A stretch of 64,000 nt of DNA, from assembly GCA_964350735.1 (NCBI GenBank), contig CAYGKO010000003.1, positions 52,452-116,451 on the forward strand. The letters are read 5' to 3'. The notes under the pieces were generated by a model. That model did not search any database. It was not told the DNA's origin and was given only the letters and a program-made list of their open reading frames with translations. Source of the stretch: an uncultured Candidatus Saccharibacteria bacterium. GTDB lineage: Bacteria; Patescibacteriota; Minisyncoccia; Phycocordibacterales; UBA918. A program made the position numbers and the translations under genes. Shown here piece by piece: positions 1-8,493 of the stretch; the stretch's first letter is position 1, and the number at the start of each line of letters is the position of its first letter.

Positions 1-60
1 TAGAATATTGCTTAGTGGCCGCAAATATACCAGAAAGGGCTGAAAATAGCAACACCGTTC

Positions 61-204
61 GGGCTTACCGCCAATAAACACACAGCAAAGTCCCAGCGGA
101 CTTTGTGTTATGCTCGCTGCCAGATTCTGCCGATGCGCTCCGCGCCTAAAGAGTCGGCAGAAACCGGCTCTGTCAGCTCCGCAATGTTTACTGGCGGTAA
201 GCCC
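61..204. repeat. Nested inverted-repeat element: 19-bp outer stem (61-79 vs 186-204, 18/19 matched) enclosing hairpins 86-105 and 126-161; candidate structured RNA or complex terminator
   Basis: Complementarity read directly from the sequence. GC-rich. Lies downstream, on the minus strand, of the rnhB-associated ORF. Confidence 0.4.
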
Positions 205-307
205 TCACTTTAGTGGTGAAGTATAAAAATGAAGAGCCGGACGAACGCGTTGCGTTGCCGGCCCCAAATGGACTACTCGAGCCCTTTTGTTTTTATATAT
301 GTCGCGA

Positions 308-700
308 CTATTGCACGACTTGCTTAGTCAGAAGCTGGGTTGTTACAGCCTGTAGCGCGTCCGGGCAAGAAGTTCTCATCTCGCGAGCCTTCCTGGCTAG
401 CTCTGCGAGAAGTGGCCCCGAAAGCTCACCTTCAACAGGAATCTTTCCTTTGACAAGCAAAGAATCTGTCTGTCGATATGAACAATCTTCAAAGCGCATC
501 CCTACTTCAAACCTTATCGCTTCCACGATAAGTTCGTCAGCCGATGCACAAACCACTTCTGCAGCTATTTGCTCCAAGCTGACACACCGATAACAACCTT
601 CACACAAGTACTGTCTTGACATTAAACCCTCGTGTATTTTGTCGCGTTTTGTGGAACAAATTCGATCGGTAGCGACTTCACCGATCTTATAGCCACACAC
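308..700 (-). CDS. Hypothetical 130-aa protein with a Cys cluster (CEGCYRC), directly downstream of rnhB
   Basis: ORF 1 nt after the rnhB stop on the same strand. The antisense + strand ORF 213-593 is serine-rich and low-complexity, so it is less likely to be coding. No family recognised. Confidence 0.4.
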   Translation of the reverse strand: MCGYKIGEVATDRICSTKRDKIHEGLMSRQYLCEGCYRCVSLEQIAAEVVCASADELIVEAIRFEVGMRFEDCSYRQTDSLLVKGKIPVEGELSGPLLAELARKAREMRTSCPDALQAVTTQLLTKQVVQ

Positions 701-701
701 T

Positions 702-1304
702 CTACAACACCTTTATATTTTTGCAATAGCTGCGGCGGTGTAGTGGTGAAAAACCGTGTTTGGCAATAGCTGCGCGGTGGGCTTTGGTGCCGTAACCTTT
801 GTGAATATGAAAATTATATGGCTTGTAAGCGGCAAGCTTAGACTGTCGCACCATGTAGCGGTCACGCGTCACTTTGGCCATCACTGACGCCAACCCAATC
901 ACGCGCTCCTTACTATCCCCTTTGATAATCGTCTCCTGATTAACAAACTCAACCGGCGCCTTCAGACCACCATCCAGCAATACCTTAGTACGATATATCG
1001 TACTATTAGTTGTGATTTTTTTGAGGGCGCGGCGCATCGCGAGCCTGATCGCTGCTGAAATCCCAATCCGGTCAATTACTTTGGCTGACACCATTGCTAC
1101 CGCGTACTCTAGCTTCCCGGCTTGCTGCAGCTCTTTCGCCCGGACAAACAACTCCTCCCGCTTCTGTTCGCTCAACTGCTTACTATCATTTACACCAGGA
1201 ATCAACTTCCAGTCAAAATTTACTGGGATTTTAAGTACCCCTACCGACACCGGACCAGCGAGAGGGCCTCGGCCGGCTTCATCAATACCAATGAGATATT
1301 TCAT
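702..1304 (-). CDS. rnhB: Ribonuclease HII
   Basis: Translation from the in-frame ATG at 1304 reads MKYLIGIDEAGRGPLAGPV..., matching the RNase HII DEAGRG catalytic N-terminus. The ORF-track start at 1457 is an upstream extension. Confidence 0.9.
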   Translation of the reverse strand: MKYLIGIDEAGRGPLAGPVSVGVLKIPVNFDWKLIPGVNDSKQLSEQKREELFVRAKELQQAGKLEYAVAMVSAKVIDRIGISAAIRLAMRRALKKITTNSTIYRTKVLLDGGLKAPVEFVNQETIIKGDSKERVIGLASVMAKVTRDRYMVRQSKLAAYKPYNFHIHKGYGTKAHRAAIAKHGFSPLHRRSYCKNIKVL

Positions 1305-1446
1305 AGTCTGATTGTACCCCACCTCACTACTTGTGTAGTGAGAAGCCGATGGCAGGTATTTTGGGTAAGACCGGCCGAGCGGCCTCGGAGCGCCCAAAAA
1401 TACGCACCATCGGCTTTGAACGGATTTTTGGTATACTACTCTCACT

Positions 1447-4400
1447 ATGTCTGACACGCCGAAACTGACTACTGACTTTGTGCATTTGCACGTGCATTCG
1501 CATTACTCCCTCCTTAATGCTGTTCCCACCCCAAAAGAGCTCGCTGCTACAGCCAAAGCCGACGGCCAAGACGCGCTGGCGATCACCGACGCTGGTGCGC
1601 TGTACGGAGCGATTGATTTCTATCAAGCCTGTCAAAAAGAAGGTATCAAGCCGATCATCGGCCTCGATGCTTTTATGGCACCCCGCACACGCCACGACCG
1701 CGACCCTATGGACAAGCCGCGGAGTCGCCTCGTCCTGCTGGCTAAAACCTTTAAAGGCTACCAAAACCTCATTATGTTGGTTACCCGTGCCAACACTGAA
1801 GGGTTTTACTATCGCCCCCGACTTGATCGTGAACTGCTCACCGAACTGCATGAAGACCTGATTTGTATCGTACCCTCTTTTGCTGGTGAACCAGCCCAAG
1901 CACTCAAGCACGGTGACACCGAAGCCGCCGGTGCTGCCCTTGATTTCTACAAACAACTCTTTAAAGACGATTGCTACCTCGAGATCAGCCACCACCCCGA
2001 GATGCTCGATCACCAAGAAAATCAAGAGCGCCTCAAGAAGCTGGCGGCGGACACCAACACTCCGCTCGTAGCGGCTCAAGATATTTATTACCTCACCAAA
2101 GACGACGCCATTGCTCGAGAAGCGATGATTAAGATCCAAAGTGGCGGCGTTGTAGACACCTCAGCCGAACGCTCCGAAGACTTCTCATTCACGACCCAGG
2201 AGCAAATGAAAGAACGGTTCGCCGATACACCAGAAGCACTTACCAATACGGTAAAAATCGCAGAGCAGTGTAACGTCGAGATTACCCTCGGCATGGAAGC
2301 GTGGAAGTTCCCGAATTACATCATTGAAAGTGGTAAAGAACCTGATGAAGAACTGCGAGATACTGCCTACGCCGGCGTGAAGTGGCGCGGACACGACATC
2401 AATGATGAGGTGGTAAAAAAGCGCCTCGACTATGAACTCGAGGTGATCAAAACTAAAGGCTACGCCAAGTATTTCTTGGTGGTAGGTGACTTGCTGCGTG
2501 AAGCTCGTGAGCGTGGCATCCTCACGACCATTCGAGGTTCGGTGGCTGGTTCGTACGCGACGTACGTGCTTGGAATTACCAACGTGGACCCCCTTGAATA
2601 CAAACTCCCTTTTGAACGATTCTTGAACCCGGAACGTCCATCAGCGCCTGATATCGATATGGACTTTGCCGATAACCGGCGTGACGAAATCATTGAGTAC
2701 GCCAAAAATAAATACGGTGAAGACAAAGTGGCTCAAATCGGCACCTTCGGAACCATGATGGCCCGCGCGGCCGTGCGTGACGTAGCGCGAGCACTCGGCC
2801 ACTCATACAGTACTGGAGACACGATCGCAAAACTCATCCCGATGGGTAGCCAAGGTTTTGCCATGACTATCGATCGAGCGCTTGAAATGGAACCTGATCT
2901 CAAAAAACTCTACAAAGCTGACAGCGAGTCGCGCGAAGTGATCGATCTCGCTAAGCGGATTGAAGGTCGGGTCCGGCACGTCGGTGTTCATGCGGCTGGT
3001 GTAGTAATAGCGCCAGAGCCACTCAATCAATACGTCCCCATCCAACTCGACTCCAAAACTGGCAAGTTCATCACTCAGTACGAAATGCATTCTGTTGGCG
3101 AAGATGGGGTTGGTCTCCTGAAGTTCGACTTTTTGGGTATTAAAAACCTCGCCATCTTAGCTGACGCGGTGAAGCGGGTGAAAGTTACGAGAAATGTTGA
3201 TGTCGATATTGAAAACATTCCGCTTGATGACGCCAAGACATTCAAGATGCTGGCTGAAGGTCAGACCATGGGACTCTTCCAGCTCAATGGCTCCGGGATG
3301 ACCTCGTTCTTAAAGCAGCTCCAACCAAGCAGCATTCACGACATCAATGCGATGGTGGCCTTGTATCGACCGGGACCAATGGAAATGATTCCAACGTATA
3401 TTGAGCGCAAACACAACCAATCCTTAATCACCTACCTTGACCCCCGCCTCGAGAAAATTCTCGATCGTTCCTACGGCGTGATCACCTACCAGGACGATGT
3501 GATGATGACCGCGATTGAACTCGCTGGCTATTCCTGGCTCGATGCCGACAAGCTGCGTAAAGCGATGGGAAAGAAAATTCCGGCAGTGATGGAAGCCGAA
3601 AAAGAAAAACTCATGCAAGGTTTCGCTGAGTACGGCAAACTCACTCCGGCACTGGCAGATAAACTCTGGAAGCTAATCGAGCCCTTTGCGGCGTACGGTT
3701 TTAATAAAGCCCACGCGGCGAGTTATGGCCGCGTCGCTTACCAAACCGCCTACATGAAGGCGAACTTCCCCGTCGAATATATGAGCGCGGTACTGACGGC
3801 AGACTCTGGTGACACCGAAAAAATCTCAGAAATTATTCACGAGTGTGACCGGATGGGTATCGAGGTATTACCCCCAGACGTCAACGAATCTTTCTCAGAC
3901 TTCACGGTGATTCCTGGTACCCAAACCATCCGCTTTGGACTCACGACGATTAAAAACTTCGGTTCTGGCATTGCTGACGCAATTATTGCTGAACGCAAAA
4001 AAGGTGGACCATTTGGTACACTGGCTGACTTCCTGACTCGTGTGCACGATAAAAATCTCAACAAGAAATCCCTCGAAGCGCTTGTCATGACTGGTGCGCT
4101 GAATAGCTTCGCTGAGCGTGGTCTGTTATACGCCAACATCGATACTATGCTTGCCTTCAACCGTGAACACGTCGCCGGCAAAGAGGCTGGTCAAGACTCG
4201 CTCTTTGGTGGTATGGAAACTACTATCAACGACCTTGTCCTTGAGAGCGCTCCTGAAGCCGACCAATCCCAAAAGCTCACTTGGGAACGAGAACTCTTGG
4301 GCGTGTATGTGTCAGGCCACCCGCTCGATGATCACCGCGAAGAATTGCAAAAAGGCGAACGGCGGATGATTGGCGACATTGTGAGTGCGGTCACAGATGG

Positions 4401-4719
4401 TCGTGAGATGGAGGTGGTGCAGATGAAGGGTAAGGTCGACACCGCTGGGATGATTGAAACCGTGAAAGAGCTTCTCACTAAAAAAGGCGATCGTATGGCC
4501 TTTGTCCAACTCTCCAATCACACCAGCACCATCGAAATGGTCGCCTTCCCCGAAGTCTTCCAAACCTACCGAGATCTCCTGGTGCCCGGTACCTGTGTGG
4601 CGCTCCGCGGCAAGCTCAATATTCGCAATGACGAACCAAGTATTCTCATTGATAAAATTAAAGTCCTGTCTCCAGCGCCAGAAACCAATTCAGTTGACGA
4701 ACCGCCAACAATTAGCTAG
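1447..4719 (+). CDS. dnaE: DNA polymerase III alpha subunit (short 1090-aa form with N-terminal PHP domain)
   Basis: HLHVHSHYSLL PHP motif, a polymerase core, and an OB-fold region near the C-terminus. Divergent from rnhB. Confidence 0.95.
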   Translation: MSDTPKLTTDFVHLHVHSHYSLLNAVPTPKELAATAKADGQDALAITDAGALYGAIDFYQACQKEGIKPIIGLDAFMAPRTRHDRDPMDKPRSRLVLLAKTFKGYQNLIMLVTRANTEGFYYRPRLDRELLTELHEDLICIVPSFAGEPAQALKHGDTEAAGAALDFYKQLFKDDCYLEISHHPEMLDHQENQERLKKLAADTNTPLVAAQDIYYLTKDDAIAREAMIKIQSGGVVDTSAERSEDFSFTTQEQMKERFADTPEALTNTVKIAEQCNVEITLGMEAWKFPNYIIESGKEPDEELRDTAYAGVKWRGHDINDEVVKKRLDYELEVIKTKGYAKYFLVVGDLLREARERGILTTIRGSVAGSYATYVLGITNVDPLEYKLPFERFLNPERPSAPDIDMDFADNRRDEIIEYAKNKYGEDKVAQIGTFGTMMARAAVRDVARALGHSYSTGDTIAKLIPMGSQGFAMTIDRALEMEPDLKKLYKADSESREVIDLAKRIEGRVRHVGVHAAGVVIAPEPLNQYVPIQLDSKTGKFITQYEMHSVGEDGVGLLKFDFLGIKNLAILADAVKRVKVTRNVDVDIENIPLDDAKTFKMLAEGQTMGLFQLNGSGMTSFLKQLQPSSIHDINAMVALYRPGPMEMIPTYIERKHNQSLITYLDPRLEKILDRSYGVITYQDDVMMTAIELAGYSWLDADKLRKAMGKKIPAVMEAEKEKLMQGFAEYGKLTPALADKLWKLIEPFAAYGFNKAHAASYGRVAYQTAYMKANFPVEYMSAVLTADSGDTEKISEIIHECDRMGIEVLPPDVNESFSDFTVIPGTQTIRFGLTTIKNFGSGIADAIIAERKKGGPFGTLADFLTRVHDKNLNKKSLEALVMTGALNSFAERGLLYANIDTMLAFNREHVAGKEAGQDSLFGGMETTINDLVLESAPEADQSQKLTWERELLGVYVSGHPLDDHREELQKGERRMIGDIVSAVTDGREMEVVQMKGKVDTAGMIETVKELLTKKGDRMAFVQLSNHTSTIEMVAFPEVFQTYRDLLVPGTCVALRGKLNIRNDEPSILIDKIKVLSPAPETNSVDEPPTIS

Positions 4720-4742
4720 TTTAGCTGACAGGAGGTGACACC

Positions 4743-4868
4743 ATGTACGACTTGCTTGGGATAATACCAATAATTGATTGGAGGCTCGCTCTGTTCCATT
4801 TCTGGACATGGTTTGATTCACTTCCGTCCGACCCCGTTGATGCGGGCTCTTGCCGTGGAATTCGGTAA
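4743..4868 (+). CDS. Candidate 41-aa hydrophobic small peptide (MYDLLGIIPIIDWRLALFHFWTWFDSLPSDPVDAGSCRGIR)
   Basis: GGAGGTGA SD at 4731-4738 sits 7 nt before the ATG at 4743. Stop TAA at 4866-4868 lies inside a terminator-like hairpin. Below the ORF-track size cutoff. Confidence 0.3.
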   Translation: MYDLLGIIPIIDWRLALFHFWTWFDSLPSDPVDAGSCRGIR

Positions 4869-4888
4869 GAGCCTCATCGGCTTTTTTT
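4845..4888 (+). terminator. Putative intrinsic terminator after dnaE and the small ORF (11-bp stem with one G-U pair, then a U7 tract 8 nt downstream)
   Basis: ggctcttgccg (4845-4855) pairs with cggtaagagcc (4863-4873); ttttttt at 4882-4888. Confidence 0.4.
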
Positions 4889-4990
4889 AGACAAAGTAGA
4901 CCAGCATTGTTGTATTCAATAATTTATTTTGAATTTGTTTCTAAACAAGATATTCTATACGTGCAAGTACGCAACCTTACGGAGGACGAT

Positions 4991-5302
4991 ATGCGACTTA
5001 AAGTCAGTTTTGCTTCAAATGTACCAGACGTGAAAGTCTGCTGGTACTTAATCCAAATCTGCGACGATGAGGGTGAGCTCTGCAACATCAAGGAGGGAGA
5101 TGAAGAGAAGCTTCGTGTGCTCATCCCCGGCATCGGGGAGATGTGTCGTAAAGTTCTTGGCGATGACTTCGTCAAACTCGACGATACCACCGACGACACG
5201 TCAGACATCGGTCTATGTGTCAAAGTGGGCACCTCACGTGGAAACAATAGATTTTCCTTTCGATCTCTACTCGGCTGGATCGAATTGCACGACCTCACCT
5301 GA
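4991..5302 (+). CDS. Hypothetical 103-aa acidic protein
   Basis: GGAGGA SD at 4981-4986 then ATG at 4991. Followed by a strong terminator. The ORF-track version (4850-5302) starts further upstream without an SD. Confidence 0.45.
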   Translation: MRLKVSFASNVPDVKVCWYLIQICDDEGELCNIKEGDEEKLRVLIPGIGEMCRKVLGDDFVKLDDTTDDTSDIGLCVKVGTSRGNNRFSFRSLLGWIELHDLT

Positions 5303-5310
5303 AGCTTGCT

Positions 5311-5340
5311 GCGCCCCGACATTCGGGGCGCACTTTTTTT
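5311..5340 (+). terminator. Rho-independent terminator
   Basis: gcgccccg (5311-5318), loop acatt, cggggcgc (5324-5331), then ttttttt (5334-5340). Confidence 0.85.
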
Positions 5341-5370
5341 GACAAAACAGAATCTAGGTGTAAGATTTTA

Positions 5371-5548
5371 TGTATCAGAGATTGCCTCGGCTACCAACCG
5401 AGGGCCGCACCGGTGCGCAAGCCTAATCTGAACCAATGAAGTGCTCTTCTGCATACAGAAGAGAAGCCCGGTGGAACCGCGATTACATTTGATCGTCCGA
5501 GCAAACATGCGACCCTGTCGTATGATTGCTCGGGCGTTTTATTATTTA
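5371..5548 (+). promoter_or_regulatory. Candidate T-box riboswitch leader (Thr specifier) with antiterminator/terminator switch
   Basis: T-box core GGUGGAACCGCG at 5470-5481. Antiterminator fold: A1 gcccgg (5466-5471) pairs with ccgagc (5497-5502); 7-nt bulge UGGAACC (5472-5478); A2 gcgat (5479-5483) pairs with atcgt (5492-5496). Competing terminator: 5494-5504 pairs with 5526-5536, followed by a U tract at 5537-5548. Specifier hairpin 5385-5403 has loop CUACCAA presenting ACC. Confidence 0.65.
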
Positions 5549-5633
5549 ACCTCTCAAAACTTCCGGTGCCTGCCTCAGCGGCTTCGCCTACAGAAGTCGG
5601 CTGCAGATGCTTCGGCACACACCGGAAGTCTCT

Positions 5634-5722
5634 GGATCTTAAAATTTTAAGCACTGTAGTGAAACATCTGCAGCGCGACAGCGCGAAGCCGTTGAATCTC
5701 AGTGCTTAAGATTTTAAGATCC
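5634..5722 (+). promoter_or_regulatory. Long imperfect inverted repeat (21-nt arms, 48-nt loop) ending 16 nt before the thrS ATG
   Basis: ggatcttaaaattttaagcac (5634-5654) is nearly complementary to gtgcttaagattttaagatcc (5703-5722). No U tract follows. Confidence 0.35.
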
Positions 5723-5738
5723 AACAAACCCCATAATT

Positions 5739-7508
5739 ATGAACACAAACCTAGAACACAAACGACACACCCTCGCTCACTTACTCGCTGCTGCGACCTT
5801 GGTCGAGTATCCTCATGCGAAACTCACCCTGGGGCCAGCCATCGACAACGGCTTCTACTACGACATCGACTTTTCTGCTGGTGAAGCGCCAGGTGACGGC
5901 GATCTAAAAAAGATCCAGAAACACATGAAGAAAATGCTCGGACAATGGACTAGTTTTGAACACAAGGAAGTCTCCGCTGATGAAGCTCGGGCTGTATTTG
6001 CAGACAATCAATTCAAGCTTGAACTTGTTAATGAAATTACCGAGAAAGGTGAAACTATCACTCTTTATACCGCCGGCGCTGGCACTAAAGCTGAGTTTAC
6101 TGATCTGTGCCGTGGTGGACACTCTGAGAATCCAGCTGAGGAAATAGCTACTGATGCCTTCAAGCTCGACAAAGTTGCCGGCGCCTACTGGCGCGGGAGC
6201 GAGGAGAACCCGATGCTGACCCGTATCTATGGCCTCGCCTTCGACACCAAAGAAGAGCTCGAGGTGTATGAAACGCAACTGGCCGAAGCCAAGAAGCGCG
6301 ATCATCGCAAGCTTGGTAAAGAGCTTGGTTTGTTTACGTTCTCAGAATTAGTGGGACCAGGTCTCCCGCTATGGACTCCCAAAGGCACCACCATGCGTCG
6401 TCTCATTGATGAATTTGTCACTGGTTTGCGCCGAGAGAAAGGCTATGAAGTAGTAACCATTCCCCACATCGCCAAAAAATCACTCTATGAAACGAGCGGT
6501 CACTGGAATAAATACAGTGAGGACTTATTTAAAGTCCGGGCTAAAGAAGATGACGATGCTGAAGAGTACGTACTTAAGCCAATGAACTGTCCGCATCATA
6601 CTCAAATTTTTGATGCTGAGCCGCGGTCATATCGCGATCTGCCCCAGCGCTACGCTGAAACCACTATGGTGTACCGGGCCGAGCAATCAGGTGAGCTCGC
6701 TGGATTGACCCGCGTCCTGTCTATTACGCAAGATGACGCGCACGTATTTTGTCGAGAATCACAACTGCGTGATGAGATCGAATCAATCTGGGACATCGTC
6801 AATGATTTCTACGGTGCCTTTGGTTTTGAACTCAAGGTTAGACTATCCTTCCACGATCCAGAACAAAAAGATAAATACCTCGGTGACAGCAGTATTTGGG
6901 AATCAACTGAAGGTCTTATGAAAGCAATCGCCGAGGATCGAAAAGCTGAATATTTCATCGGTATTGGCGAAGCTGCCTTTTATGCTCCCAAGCTCGATTT
7001 TATGGCGCTGGACTCGATTGGGCGCACCCATCAAGTTGCCACCATTCAACTTGACCGACTGATGCCAGAACGGTTCGGCCTTACGTGCACTAATGAACAG
7101 GGCGAGAAAGAAGGGATTGTAATGATCCACGCAGCGATTGCTGGTTCTCTGGAGCGCTTCTCAGCCGTCTTGATTGAACACCTTGGTGGCCACTTCCCGC
7201 TCTGGCTCTCGCCCGTGCAGGTCGCGGTGGTACCAGTAGCGGAGGCTCACAATGAGTTTGCTGCCGATGTGAATCGCCAACTTAAAGCGGCTGGTATCCG
7301 AACTGACTTTGACGACAGCAAAGAATCAATGGGTAAGAAAATCCGCAATGCCAAAAACGCCAAGCTCCCCTACTTCCTCGTAATCGGTGACAAAGAAGTG
7401 GAGCGCGGTGGAGTAACCCTCGAAGCACGTGATGGCAACTCCGTAGAACTCACCATTGAAGACATGATGAGTCGTCTACAAGAAGAAATTGAAACTAAGA
7501 AGCTGTAG
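5739..7508 (+). CDS. thrS: Threonyl-tRNA synthetase (589 aa, lacking the N-terminal TGS domain)
   Basis: HTLAHLLA editing-domain His motif, LKPMNCPHH, class II motifs, and an anticodon-binding C-terminus. Confidence 0.95.
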   Translation: MNTNLEHKRHTLAHLLAAATLVEYPHAKLTLGPAIDNGFYYDIDFSAGEAPGDGDLKKIQKHMKKMLGQWTSFEHKEVSADEARAVFADNQFKLELVNEITEKGETITLYTAGAGTKAEFTDLCRGGHSENPAEEIATDAFKLDKVAGAYWRGSEENPMLTRIYGLAFDTKEELEVYETQLAEAKKRDHRKLGKELGLFTFSELVGPGLPLWTPKGTTMRRLIDEFVTGLRREKGYEVVTIPHIAKKSLYETSGHWNKYSEDLFKVRAKEDDDAEEYVLKPMNCPHHTQIFDAEPRSYRDLPQRYAETTMVYRAEQSGELAGLTRVLSITQDDAHVFCRESQLRDEIESIWDIVNDFYGAFGFELKVRLSFHDPEQKDKYLGDSSIWESTEGLMKAIAEDRKAEYFIGIGEAAFYAPKLDFMALDSIGRTHQVATIQLDRLMPERFGLTCTNEQGEKEGIVMIHAAIAGSLERFSAVLIEHLGGHFPLWLSPVQVAVVPVAEAHNEFAADVNRQLKAAGIRTDFDDSKESMGKKIRNAKNAKLPYFLVIGDKEVERGGVTLEARDGNSVELTIEDMMSRLQEEIETKKL

Positions 7509-7530
7509 CAATTATGTTATTATTTTCTAT

Positions 7531-8436
7531 ATGAAACATACACATTTAGCGATCCTAGGTATCCTACTCGCCAGTATCGTTATTGGACTCAGTTATTGCA
7601 CTCAATACTACAAAAGTTCTGCCTCTAATCTGTCGCAAGAGGTTAACACTCTAGAAAAACGTAATATCGTACTAACCTCTGAGCTTGATACGGCGGTGAC
7701 CTTGAACACTAAATTACAAAACAAACTTGATTTAATGACCACAAACGATAGTGCTAATCGTAAATTCTATGAACTGACCGACGGATCGGAAAGATTTGGA
7801 TCTTCATTCGACATTTACACATTCAAAACTGCTGACCACATAGGTACTGTCGAGCACATATGTGAAAACCCCGAAGCGATCATTGAAAAAAATAGTAACA
7901 AATATTGTCAAGCTGATAGCTTTTTCTTACTTAATGTAGATGAGAAAATGAGCATTATCGACTCCTTTACATACACTGAACAAGGGGACGAGATCGGGCT
8001 ATCAATACCCACGTTTAACGAAGGGACAGAGCTGATTGCCACTAGCACCGATCGGTCTTCAGGAAAATTATTGGTAAGTACAAACCCACACTACTGTCTT
8101 TGGGAAGATGGCATGTGTTTCAGCCCTAATACGTTATCCTATATAATAGATATACCAGATGGAAATATAATAAAAGTTCAATTTCAAACTGAACTCTACT
8201 CTCAAGCTCGTTTACACTGGAATGAAGCTGGGACTAAAGCATTTTATCCAATTAGTTGTCCGGCAGGTTGTCCGACGTACTTATTATATGCCTTAGATAT
8301 CAACAAAAATCGAGGTGAAGCACTCATAGATAGAGAAGATTTTGGTGATATATTCTATAAAACGGCCACTTGGATAGACAATGACACAATTGAAGTCATA
8401 AACGACTCAGGTGAGTCGACCGAACTATCGTTCTAA
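7531..8436 (+). CDS. Hypothetical membrane-anchored protein (N-terminal TM helix, coiled coil, Cys-containing extracytoplasmic domain); AT-rich (about 35% GC)
   Basis: First ATG at 7531 (ORF-track start is TTG at 7489). GC is clearly lower than the flanking genes. Followed by a terminator. Confidence 0.6.
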   Translation: MKHTHLAILGILLASIVIGLSYCTQYYKSSASNLSQEVNTLEKRNIVLTSELDTAVTLNTKLQNKLDLMTTNDSANRKFYELTDGSERFGSSFDIYTFKTADHIGTVEHICENPEAIIEKNSNKYCQADSFFLLNVDEKMSIIDSFTYTEQGDEIGLSIPTFNEGTELIATSTDRSSGKLLVSTNPHYCLWEDGMCFSPNTLSYIIDIPDGNIIKVQFQTELYSQARLHWNEAGTKAFYPISCPAGCPTYLLYALDINKNRGEALIDREDFGDIFYKTATWIDNDTIEVINDSGESTELSF

Positions 8437-8442
8437 CGACAC

Positions 8443-8474
8443 AAAAAAGCCCTGGCATTTGCCAGGGCTTTTTT
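8443..8474. terminator. Bidirectional intrinsic terminator between convergent genes
   Basis: aaaaaa, gccctggc, attt, gccagggc, tttttt. Confidence 0.8.
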
Positions 8475-8493
8475 GTGCTGCAGGGAGACAGCT

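Noticed and set aside
155-170. Segment GCAGAAACCGGCU resembling the RNase P RNA P4 3' strand (ACAGAAACCGGCU)
   Set aside because: No complementary GGAAAGUCCGG-type P4 5' strand, nor the other conserved RNase P regions (CR-I to CR-III), could be found within a plausible distance on either strand. Treated as a chance resemblance within a generic structured element.
213-593. 126-aa + strand ORF overlapping the 308-700 minus-strand ORF
   Set aside because: Serine-rich and low-complexity with a non-ATG start. The minus-strand ORF is contiguous with rnhB (1-nt gap) and is the more plausible coding frame, although neither is strongly supported.
1327-2139. 270-aa ORF antisense to the 5' part of dnaE, plus the many 60-266-aa ORFs antisense to gyrB, pheT, and the giant genes (for example 57183-57983, 54984-55694)
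   Set aside because: Fully embedded antisense in confidently identified genes with conserved motifs. These are typical spurious long ORFs in GC-balanced coding DNA.
4850-4990. Longer version (150 aa) of the ORF ending at 5302
   Set aside because: The upstream part has a non-ATG start without an RBS. The internal ATG at 4991 is preceded by a good SD, so the call was trimmed to 4991-5302.
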